A DNA stretch of 64,000 nt, taken from NCBI GenBank assembly GCA_019058315.1, contig JAHPZH010000001.1:1-64000 (forward strand). Direction: 5' to 3'. Every line of letters starts with the position of its first letter. Positions within the stretch are counted from its first letter, which is position 1. Positions 11,501-19,763 of this stretch are shown in pieces. Both the position numbers and the translations under genes were made by a program. Origin of the DNA: Candidatus Helarchaeota archaeon (lineage in GTDB: Archaea > Asgardarchaeota > Lokiarchaeia > Helarchaeales > RDOG01). The notes under the pieces are model-generated. The model ran no database searches. It saw nothing but the letters and a program-made list of their open reading frames with translations, and was not told the origin of the DNA.

Positions 11501-11565
11501 GCTTGTATCCCAGCGACCCCACCGCCTACTACTAATACAGATCCAATTTTAGCCATATTCATCAC
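8551..11565 (-). CDS. hdrA: Heterodisulfide reductase subunit A, long form
   Basis: VGGGVAG, LDKTFPTLDCSMC, CSAVCCMY, CHCGINI, EAHVKLRPLDF. Confidence 0.92.
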   Translation of the reverse strand: MMNMAKIGSVLVVGGGVAGIQASLDLSELGYKVYLIENNPSIGGIMGQLDKTFPTLDCSMCILAPKMVEVGRDPNIELITYSKVEKVEGQAGNFEVTLLKKARFIDADKCKACGICHTHCPIAVKDEYNMGLGIRTAIYTPFPQAVPSTYVVDKETCLYLQDGICQICEKVCEVGAVDHNQKDEQVKINVGAIILAVGTDTFDPSILPQYGYGKIKNVVTSLEFERILNASGPFKGHVVRPLDMKHPHKILWLNCIGSRNTKIDKGYCSAVCCMYTIKQALIAMEHAPDLKCHVCFIDMRTVGKGFEEFYVRGQNRGIEFFRGRVSMMQEDPHTGDVVTTLENTETGEMIEDNYDLVVLSIGLTPFEESPELAKTFGINIDKYNFAATGLTTPLETSRPGIYVCGTYSGPKDIPETVAEASGAAGKASTLLTDVRKTLITKKEYPDELSIEGQEPRVGAFICHCGINIGGVVDVPEVVKFAKTLPNIVYAEENLYTCSADTQEIMKEKIKEHKLNRVVVASCTPRTHEPLFQNTIREAGLNPFLFEFVNLREQCSWVHMSEPEAATEKAKELVAMGVAKAGLLNPIQETMVDIKHSGLVIGGGIGGMTAALELANQGYQTFLIEKEKELGGLVRDIHYLIDGSDPQKFLKDLINQVKNHDKIKVYTGANIDDIQGFVGNFVTTVSKNGTKDDLDSGVIIVATGGNEYKPKEYEYGKSDKILTQHELETKIAKNQVNPNSVVMIQCVGSRNDERPYCSKICCSLAIKNALKLKERNPNTNIVVLYRDLRAYGFKEDYYREAREKGVIFIRFEKESPPEVSLAKGLTITVKHALLNQKIELNADLLVLSAAFLPAEAKELSQMLKVPLEANGFFLEAHVKLRPLDFATDGVFLCGGAQWPKLINETIAQAKGAAARSVTILAKDQIKVGGVTAYIDQDLCVGCETCIKLCPFGAIRKNEDEQVEVIGAVCKGCGVCCSSCPASAVTIRHFTTDQLISQIFAIKGGK

Positions 11566-11567
11566 CC

Positions 11568-12890
11568 TTATCTCTTAGTCTCCTGTAAATTTTTTGAAGC
11601 TCTTTCAGTTTTTACATTGCTCATTCTATTAATAATCTTAAGAGATCTTTCTCTTAGTTTGGAGATATTTTCTGGAGTTGCTCGATATTCTGCAATGAAC
11701 CCTTCAGATAAAGCTTTAGCAAATAATTGCTCGCCTTGTTCTGTGCGGATAAAAACCGTCGAATGATTTTGAGGGGCAGCAATTCCCCCAACAGAAATAT
11801 CTGCATAAACATTAGAGAAATCAGGACAGAATAAGCAATTAGAACGAATAGCTCCCTCAACTTCTTTCATGGGAACTTCTTTAACTGTATCATCTTTAAG
11901 CGTTATAAGAAAATTCTTTTTAATGTTAACTTTTTTTATGTTGTCAACACTTAAGTTTAATTTCTGTTCAAACATTTTTTTCATCAAATCAGTGTATGTG
12001 AAATTCTCCATGCAGAAAAGACCGATAACATACTTTATGGTATTTGCAGGTCGTATTTTTCTAACTTGCATCTTTCTAACTGCTGTAACATGACAAGGAC
12101 AACCAACAAATGCTAACCTTGCATAATCAAAATCGCTTAATTCCAATAATTCAATAATTGATGGGATATCAACATCGTCATATTTATCCGGTGAAGAAGC
12201 GATTTTTGGATTTTTGAATATATTCAATGAAGAGGTTATAGAATATCTCGTACCAGCTGATTTTAAAAGTTGGTCGCTTGATGTAACAATTGTTGGAAAA
12301 GATTTCCAATTTGATGTCGCAATATTTACAATTGCACCATCAACCTTCTTGGTATCAAGTAGATATTTTACAAGAGAAGTAACTATTCCCCCATCCTGAC
12401 AGACCTTTAATATTTCTGGATCAGTAGTTTGTGCCCAAGTAAGCTTTTTATATGAGCCTACAGGGTCCTTGCATGCGTAAGCTTCTGTAAGTTGAGTATT
12501 TAATGATGTTGTTCTTGGACAAAAATGATAACAAAGCCCACATTCTAAACAAATTTGTTCATCTGATTCAATAAATTCAGGAGTGCCATTTTTCATTTTT
12601 ATTGCGTTAATATTATTAATCGCACAAATTGAAACACAGCCACCACATGAAGCGCAGATTTTGGGTTTTATTACCTCATTTTCCAAATCTTTAAAAGTTT
12701 TAACTTCTGTCATTTTTATTTCATCCTTTTTTTCTATTATTTCAACCCTTTCCTTTTTTATTTCACCCATTTCTTTTTTTATTTCAATAATTTCTTTTTT
12801 TCTATCTTTCTTTACATCATAATCGAATATTTCTCGAATGAAATCTTTTATTATTTTTATAATCTCATCTAATAAATCTAATATTTCCAA
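11568..12890 (-). CDS. frhB: Coenzyme F420-binding FrhB/FpoF-family subunit with N-terminal ferredoxin and a charged N-terminal extension
   Basis: CASCGGCVSIC, CLECGLCYHFCP, QDGGIVT, AGTRY, VGCPC, IGLFCMENF, CLFCPDF, ADISVG; AAGGAG SD before the TTG start. Confidence 0.85.
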   Translation of the reverse strand: MEILDLLDEIIKIIKDFIREIFDYDVKKDRKKEIIEIKKEMGEIKKERVEIIEKKDEIKMTEVKTFKDLENEVIKPKICASCGGCVSICAINNINAIKMKNGTPEFIESDEQICLECGLCYHFCPRTTSLNTQLTEAYACKDPVGSYKKLTWAQTTDPEILKVCQDGGIVTSLVKYLLDTKKVDGAIVNIATSNWKSFPTIVTSSDQLLKSAGTRYSITSSLNIFKNPKIASSPDKYDDVDIPSIIELLELSDFDYARLAFVGCPCHVTAVRKMQVRKIRPANTIKYVIGLFCMENFTYTDLMKKMFEQKLNLSVDNIKKVNIKKNFLITLKDDTVKEVPMKEVEGAIRSNCLFCPDFSNVYADISVGGIAAPQNHSTVFIRTEQGEQLFAKALSEGFIAEYRATPENISKLRERSLKIINRMSNVKTERASKNLQETKR

Positions 12891-12915
12891 TAAACTCCTT
12901 TATAGTCATTTATCA

Positions 12916-13788
12916 TCATGTTTCTGCTGGTCCTTCAAGGACGCTTTTGGTTTTTGTCCTGTGAAATCTCAGACCAAGTTCCTTTTCATCATATCCAAAT
13001 GCTAATGCAATAAGTTCCGTTAAATAGAATACCGGAAAATTGTAATCCTCATTGAATTGTTTATTTACAGCATGTTGATTAATATCAAATTGTAAATAAC
13101 AAGCGGGACAAACTACTACTATACAATTAGCTCCAGATTCTTTGATGCTTCTAAGTTTTTTATAAGTCAATTCATTTGCTAAGGTTTCATCGGTTTTTGA
13201 GCAAGGATTACCACAACAATCCATCTTCGCTGTGTAATCTATACTATCAGCTCCTATCGCTTCAACAATCGTATCTAGAGTAGTTGGTTCTATGGGATCA
13301 TCCCAGTCAATAATCTCTGACGGACGGAGATAATGACAACCATAATGAACTGCTACCTTTAATCCTGTTAAAGGATTGGTCACATTTTCTTTAATTTTAT
13401 CGACATTCTCATATAAAATTCGAGCTGCATGATCAATTTGAGCGGTGCCATTATATTTTTTTCCTATTTTTTTTAAGACTCCATTTATTTCATCTTTTTT
13501 ACTAGCGTCTTTTTTCAGTTCATGATTTACCGATTTTAAAGTTTCTACACAACCAGAGCAAAGACTAATTGCTTTACCATCAGTTTCTATCAGACTTAAA
13601 TTTCTTGCGCCTAAAGCTAGCCAGCTAGTAAGATCTATTGCCGGCATTCCTGTTGGGTCTGGACAACAAGAAGCTCCTTTGATGTCCTTGACTTGAATTC
13701 CGAGTTTGTCAAAAACTTTTCTCGCGGAAGCCTCTACAAATGGGATACGTGCCGGAATGACACATCCTAGAAATAATTGATATGACAT
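12916..13788 (-). CDS. hdrB: Heterodisulfide reductase subunit B
   Basis: FLGCVIP, SCCPDP, CSGC, HYGCH, CCG, CPAC (two CCG domains). Confidence 0.92.
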   Translation of the reverse strand: MSYQLFLGCVIPARIPFVEASARKVFDKLGIQVKDIKGASCCPDPTGMPAIDLTSWLALGARNLSLIETDGKAISLCSGCVETLKSVNHELKKDASKKDEINGVLKKIGKKYNGTAQIDHAARILYENVDKIKENVTNPLTGLKVAVHYGCHYLRPSEIIDWDDPIEPTTLDTIVEAIGADSIDYTAKMDCCGNPCSKTDETLANELTYKKLRSIKESGANCIVVVCPACYLQFDINQHAVNKQFNEDYNFPVFYLTELIALAFGYDEKELGLRFHRTKTKSVLEGPAET

Positions 13789-13791
13789 TAT

Positions 13792-14304
13792 TTAGCCCTC
13801 CTTTTTAGACCAATCATATTTAATTTTTTTATCTAATTTTGTCTCTTTTAAGAGCGTTTGAATCTCATTTGCCGAAGCCATTTCTAATTTAGGAATTCCT
13901 AATTGATCCCGTCTTCTTAAGATTGCATCCTGAAAAGGTACTGCCATTCCATATTCTAGAATTGCTGAAGCTTGAGCCTTAAATCCTTCTGGAAATTTTC
14001 CAGCCTCAATGCATTTATTTTTAATAAGATTAAAAATTTCTGTTAGAAATACGTTTTGAGGACATAATTCTACACATAGTTGACAAGTACTGCATTCCCA
14101 AACACTGGGTTCTTGTTTATTCACTAGACTGTCTTTTAATCCCAATATTGATTCTTCAATAATCTTTCTCGGATTATATCTTCCTTTGGTCACTATTGCA
14201 ACAGGACATGAACCAGAACAGGTTCCGCATTGAAAACAATAACTTAAAGAAAAATTATCTTTTATTACTTCATTTCGAAAATTAAAATCTATAGTTGTAG
14301 CCAT
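13792..14304 (-). CDS. hdrC: Heterodisulfide reductase subunit C
   Basis: CFQCGTCSGSCP, WECSTCQLCVELCP; adjacent to hdrB. Confidence 0.9.
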   Translation of the reverse strand: MATTIDFNFRNEVIKDNFSLSYCFQCGTCSGSCPVAIVTKGRYNPRKIIEESILGLKDSLVNKQEPSVWECSTCQLCVELCPQNVFLTEIFNLIKNKCIEAGKFPEGFKAQASAILEYGMAVPFQDAILRRRDQLGIPKLEMASANEIQTLLKETKLDKKIKYDWSKKEG

Positions 14305-14792
14305 ATACCATTCCTCCTGAATTCAAAAATATTTGTAAATCATTTATAGTAAATTGATTAAGGGAAATTTTTTGCAGATTTGAATGTGATTTACCCTTGT
14401 TCCAAAGTTTTGTACTTATATTGATTTTAAAATAGTCGTGCCACATTTTTTAGAAACCAATTTAATAGATCTATTAAGTGAAGAGTAAGTTTTTTTAATT
14501 GAATGATTCAAATCTGTTTTCTGTTAATAACCATAGTAACAATTATCTAAACATTTATAAAAATTTAGATTCATTTTGAATTTCACTAGTTATAATAAAA
14601 ATAGACATAGGTCTCGTTTTTGGTCAAAGGAATCAGTAATAATAATCAAAAATATTCTTACATTCTTCCATTTTTTTAAAAAAAAGTATAATTTCTTTTC
14701 TTATTTTAAGATCGTTTTAAAAAGGAAAAAATAATTAAATAATTTCCAATTTAAAACTAAAGATGAGTAAAAATTTCAGTTAAGGCGATTAT

Positions 14793-15590
14793 ATGACAAA
14801 CGCTATGAATTTATTTAAATTAGATGGCAAGGTTGCTCTTGTCACGGGTGGTGGACGTGGACTTGGATTTTATTCAGCAGAAGGTCTAGCAGAAGCTGGA
14901 GCAGATGTTGCAATTTGTGGTCGAGATATACACGGGAAATTGGATGATGCAGTTAAAAAATTAAAAGATATAGGGAGTAATAGCATCCCTATTAAATGTG
15001 ACATAACAGTAGAGGATGAAGTAAAACAAATGGTAAATCAAGTTAAAGAGCATTATGGAAAATGTGATATTCTAATAAATAATGCAGGACTTGGAGATAT
15101 AATACCTACAAAAAGAATGAGTTTAAAACGTTGGAAGGAAATGCTTAACACAAATTTATCAGGAACCTTTCTATGTTGTCGAGAATTTGGAAAGCTAATG
15201 ATTAAACAAAAATTTGGTAATATTATAAATTTTTCAAGTGAAAATGGTCAAGTTGGCTTTGGAATCGGGATGGCTGCATACGCAACAACAAAAATTGGCA
15301 TTGTAGGACTCACTAGATCATTAGCAGTTGAATGGGGGAAATATAATATTAGAGTTAATGCAATACTTCCTGGTAATATGGAAGAAGGAATGATGGAATT
15401 TCTAAAGAATAAAGACGGTCCGATGTATAAAACGATGGAACCATTGTTGAAAATGATTCCTCTTAATAGATATGGAAATGGGGATGATATCAAGGGTCCA
15501 ATTGTGTTTCTCGCATCAGATGCAAGTAGTTATATTTCAGGAGCAAAAATAGTTGTTGATGGTGGTTTTATTATAAATTCTGGTTTATAA
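14793..15590 (+). CDS. Short-chain dehydrogenase/reductase (SDR; KduD/gluconate-5-DH-like)
   Basis: TGGGRGLG, INNAG, YATTK, IRVNAILPG. Confidence 0.9.
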   Translation: MTNAMNLFKLDGKVALVTGGGRGLGFYSAEGLAEAGADVAICGRDIHGKLDDAVKKLKDIGSNSIPIKCDITVEDEVKQMVNQVKEHYGKCDILINNAGLGDIIPTKRMSLKRWKEMLNTNLSGTFLCCREFGKLMIKQKFGNIINFSSENGQVGFGIGMAAYATTKIGIVGLTRSLAVEWGKYNIRVNAILPGNMEEGMMEFLKNKDGPMYKTMEPLLKMIPLNRYGNGDDIKGPIVFLASDASSYISGAKIVVDGGFIINSGL

Positions 15591-15654
15591 AGTTTTTAAA
15601 ATATAAAATAATATATTTGTAAACCTCATTTTTTTGAATTGAAGAAGTGATTAT

Positions 15655-17532
15655 ATGAGAATAAAAAAAATCATAATAGTATTTACACAGATTTTGATTA
15701 TTTTGACATTATTCCTTGTTATTAACACCTCTAAATTTGAATCTGCCACTCTTCCCTTGTCTTCAGTAAACGACAAGAGTTTTACTTTAAATACTGCTGC
15801 GAGCTGGTCCAACGCTACTGCGATTTCCGACCTTTACGGGTGGAATAATGGTCCAAGTTTTGCACCAAAAGTCGCCGTGGACGGTTTTGGTAATGTGCAT
15901 GTGGTCTGGCACGATGCCACGAACGGTGCATGGGGAAATGATATAGAAATAATGTACGCAAATTATACCGCTGCGGGCTGGTCGAACGCGATCGTGATTT
16001 CCGACCTTAATGGGTGGAACAATGATTTTAGTTTTTATCCAAGCATTGCCGTTGACGGCAGCGGCAACTTGCACGTGGTCTGGGAAGATTATACGGACGG
16101 TGAGTGGGGAAGTGATGATGAAATAATGTACGCAAATTATACCGCTGCGGGCTGGTCCAACGCGACCGCGATTTCCGACATTTACGGGTGGAACGATGGT
16201 GATAGTTATAGAGCAAAAGTTGCCGTGGATGGTAGCGATAACCTGCACGTGGTCTGGGTTGATGACACGGACGGTGAATGGGGAACTGATAAGGAAATAA
16301 TGTATACGAACTACACCGCTGCGGGCTGGTCCAACGCGACCGCGATTTCCGACCTTTACGGGTGGAACGATGGTGATAGTTCTTACCCAAGCGTCGCCAT
16401 GGACGGTTTTGGCAACGTGTATGTGGTCTGGTACGATGATACGGACGGTGAATGGGGAAATGATATAGAAATAATGTACGCAAACTACACCGCTTCTGGC
16501 TGGTCCAATGCAACTTGTATCTCCGACCAGTACGGGTGGAACAATGGTTATAGTTATGATCCAAACATCGCCGTGGATAATAATAGCAACTTGCATTTGG
16601 TTTGGTACGATAGCACGGACGGTGAGTGGGGAACAGATGATGAAATAATGTACGCAAATTATACCGTTGCGGGCTGGTCCAATGCCACCGCGATTTCCGA
16701 CCTTTACGGGTGGAACAATGGTGCTAGTGAACAACCAAGCATCGTCGTAGACGGTAGCGATAACCTGCACGTGGTCTGGGTTGATGACACGGACGGTGAG
16801 TGGGGAACTGATAAGGAAATAATGTATACGAACTACACCGCTGCGGGCTGGTCCAACGCCACCGCGATTTCCGACCTTTTCGGGTGGAACGATGATCTTA
16901 GTTATAGCCCAAGCGTCGCCACGGACGGTATTGGCAACGTGCACGTGGTCTGGTCCGATGGCACGGACGGTGAGTGGGGAAATGATCAGGAAATAATGTA
17001 CGCAATTCTAACTGAAAAACCTACTTCAAACCACCCTGAAGATATCACAACCACAATTTTAGGTTCGCCAGCAATTTATTGGAACCTTTATGATGAGACT
17101 GGTCCTGGTCAATATCGAGTCTGGGTAAACGATTCTAACGATAATTATTATATTTTGCAAAATTGGACTGCATGGGTAAATAACTCTCTTATATTGATTC
17201 CCATTAATTTCACTGTGTTAGGGACATTTAATTATACTATCGAATATTATGATTTCTATCATTATTTCGGCATTTCAGACTCAGTTATCGTAACAATAAC
17301 AGATGTTATTCCGACTCCGACTCCGACTCCAGAGGAGCCAATCATAATCGCACCACAAGGCGGAGGAGATATTTCTAGCTTTCTACTATCACCATTAGGT
17401 CTTGGAATTATAGCTGGCGTTGGGGCGATCTTGCTAATATTGGTAGCAGTTGTAATTAATAAAAATAAAACTATTAAAGAGCTTAACAAAACCAGTAAAA
17501 CTCCGCCTTCTAAAAAATCAATTGAGAAATAA
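15655..17532 (+). CDS. Membrane-anchored 7-blade beta-propeller surface glycoprotein, paralog 1
   Basis: Signal peptide; seven 58-aa repeats (WSNATAISD.YGWN...VHVVW.D.T.GEWG.D.EIMYANYT); Ig-like stalk; PT linker; C-terminal TM with basic tail. Confidence 0.85.
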   Translation: MRIKKIIIVFTQILIILTLFLVINTSKFESATLPLSSVNDKSFTLNTAASWSNATAISDLYGWNNGPSFAPKVAVDGFGNVHVVWHDATNGAWGNDIEIMYANYTAAGWSNAIVISDLNGWNNDFSFYPSIAVDGSGNLHVVWEDYTDGEWGSDDEIMYANYTAAGWSNATAISDIYGWNDGDSYRAKVAVDGSDNLHVVWVDDTDGEWGTDKEIMYTNYTAAGWSNATAISDLYGWNDGDSSYPSVAMDGFGNVYVVWYDDTDGEWGNDIEIMYANYTASGWSNATCISDQYGWNNGYSYDPNIAVDNNSNLHLVWYDSTDGEWGTDDEIMYANYTVAGWSNATAISDLYGWNNGASEQPSIVVDGSDNLHVVWVDDTDGEWGTDKEIMYTNYTAAGWSNATAISDLFGWNDDLSYSPSVATDGIGNVHVVWSDGTDGEWGNDQEIMYAILTEKPTSNHPEDITTTILGSPAIYWNLYDETGPGQYRVWVNDSNDNYYILQNWTAWVNNSLILIPINFTVLGTFNYTIEYYDFYHYFGISDSVIVTITDVIPTPTPTPEEPIIIAPQGGGDISSFLLSPLGLGIIAGVGAILLILVAVVINKNKTIKELNKTSKTPPSKKSIEK

Positions 17533-17711
17533 ATATTCTAAATATCTTAATATTCAAGCCCTCTTTTTTTTCTAAAAATCGCTAAATATAGGATTATCTC
17601 TATTTGTTTCATATCTTGGAGTATATAACGCCCTTTTTCTTATTAAAGATTTATATTTTATAAAATAAAATATATTTCTATCCTCATTTTTTGAATTGAA
17701 GAAGTGATTAG
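17533..17711 (+). repeat. Duplicated intergenic unit (terminator plus promoter/RBS), repeated at 19584-19763 and partly at 15595-15654
   Basis: Shared ccctttttt, ggattatc...atttcatatc and attaaagatttatattttataaaataaaata...cctcattttttgaatt.aagaagtgatta.ATG. Confidence 0.85.
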
Positions 17712-19583
17712 ATGAGAATAAAAAGAAGAATAATATTATTTACACAGCTTTTCTTTATTTTGACATTATTCGTTGTTATTAACACATCTAAATTTGATCC
17801 TGCTACTATTCCCTTGTCTTCAGACACTAATATTAAAAGTTTTACCTTAAATACTGATGCCAGCTGGTCCAATGCCACAGTAATTTCTGATGATTTTACG
17901 GGATGGAATGATGGTACTAGTGGGAGTCCTAAAATCGCCAAGGATAATAATGGAAATTTACATGTAGTCTGGATGGATTATACAGATGGTGGATGGGGAA
18001 CAGATGCAGAAATATGGTATGTAAATTATACTGCCTCAGGCTGGTCCAAAGCAACTTGTATCTCCGACCTATATGGGTGGAATAATGGTGAAAGTTATTC
18101 CCCAAGCCTCACAGTGGACAGTATCGGCAATGTGCACGTGGTCTGGGAAGATGACACGGACGGTGCGTGGGGAACTGATTATGAAATATTTTACGCAAAC
18201 TACACTGTAACAGGTTGGTCAAACGCGATCGCTATTTCCGATCTTTATGGATGGAACGATGACGATAGTCATGTCTCAAGGATCGCGGTAGACTATAACG
18301 GAAACTTGCATGTGGTCTGGCAGGATGACACGGACGGCGAGTGGGGAACTGATAGAGAAATAATGTACACAAACTACACCACCTCGGGCTGGTCAAACGC
18401 GACATGTGTTTCAGACGCTTATGGGTGGAATAATGGCGACAGTCGATATCCAAACGTCGCCGCGGACGATAGCGGCAATGTACATGTGGTCTGGACGGAT
18501 TACACTGACGGTGAATGGGGAACTGATATTGAAATAATGTACGCGAACTACACCACTTCTGGTTGGTCCAATGCAACTTGTATCTCCGACCTGTATGGGT
18601 GGAATAATGGTGAGAGTTATTCCCCAAGCCTCACAGTGGACGGTATCGGCAATGTGCACGTGGTCTGGATGGATAACACGAACGGTGAGTGGGGAACTGA
18701 CTGGGAAATAATGTACGTAAATTACACCACTTTTGGTTGGTCCAACGCCACCGTGATTTCCGACGATTATACTGGGTGGAATGATGGTGAAAGTAATGGG
18801 CAAAGCATCGCTGTGGACGGTAGCGGCAACGTGCACGTGGTCTGGTACGATGATACGAACGGTGAGTGGGGAACTGATTGGGAAATTATGTACGCAAACT
18901 ACACCGCTGCTGGTTGGTCAAACGCTACCATAATTTCCGATATTTATGGGTGGAACAATGGTGGTAGTGTTTCCCCAAACATTTTAGCGGAAGATAATGG
19001 AAATCTACATTTGGTCTGGGGAGATAACACTGTCGGTGAGTGGGGCGGTGGCGGTCTTGATTATGAAATAATGTACGCAATTATAACTGAAAGACCTACT
19101 ACAACCCACCCGACTGATACTACAATCGTAACGTCATCTTCAGTTGCATTTTATTGGACCCTTTATGATGAGACTGGTCCTGGACAATATCGAGTCTGGG
19201 TAAACGATGCTAATGATAATTATTATATATGGCAAAATTGGACTCCATGGATTAATAACTCTCCTATATTTGTTCCTATAAATAGCACTGTTCCAGGGAG
19301 ATTCAATTATACTATTGAATATTATGATTTCTATCAACAATTCGGCATTTCGGACTCAGTTATAGTAACAATAATTGATCCTGCTGGTGAGGAACCAATT
19401 ATAATCGCACCACAAGGCGGTGGAGATATTTCTAGGTTCTTATTATCACCATTGGGTCTTGGAATTATAGCTGGTGTTGGGGCGATCTTGCTAATATTGG
19501 TAGCAGTTGTAATTAACAATAAAAAAACTATCAAAGAGCTTAAAAAAACCAGTAAAACTACAACGTCTAAAAAGTCAAATTAG
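17712..19583 (+). CDS. Membrane-anchored 7-blade beta-propeller surface glycoprotein, paralog 2
   Basis: Same architecture as 15655-17532. Confidence 0.85.
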   Translation: MRIKRRIILFTQLFFILTLFVVINTSKFDPATIPLSSDTNIKSFTLNTDASWSNATVISDDFTGWNDGTSGSPKIAKDNNGNLHVVWMDYTDGGWGTDAEIWYVNYTASGWSKATCISDLYGWNNGESYSPSLTVDSIGNVHVVWEDDTDGAWGTDYEIFYANYTVTGWSNAIAISDLYGWNDDDSHVSRIAVDYNGNLHVVWQDDTDGEWGTDREIMYTNYTTSGWSNATCVSDAYGWNNGDSRYPNVAADDSGNVHVVWTDYTDGEWGTDIEIMYANYTTSGWSNATCISDLYGWNNGESYSPSLTVDGIGNVHVVWMDNTNGEWGTDWEIMYVNYTTFGWSNATVISDDYTGWNDGESNGQSIAVDGSGNVHVVWYDDTNGEWGTDWEIMYANYTAAGWSNATIISDIYGWNNGGSVSPNILAEDNGNLHLVWGDNTVGEWGGGGLDYEIMYAIITERPTTTHPTDTTIVTSSSVAFYWTLYDETGPGQYRVWVNDANDNYYIWQNWTPWINNSPIFVPINSTVPGRFNYTIEYYDFYQQFGISDSVIVTIIDPAGEEPIIIAPQGGGDISRFLLSPLGLGIIAGVGAILLILVAVVINNKKTIKELKKTSKTTTSKKSN

Positions 19584-19763
19584 CAATAAATATGCTAAAT
19601 ATCTTCATATTCAAATGCCCCTTTTTTTAAAAATTGTTAAATGTGGGATTATCCCTATTTATTTCATATCAAGGTGAATAACCCTTTTTCTTATTAAAGA
19701 TTTATATTTTATAAAATAAAATATTTTTTTATCCTCATTTTTTTGAATTAAAGAAGTGATTAT

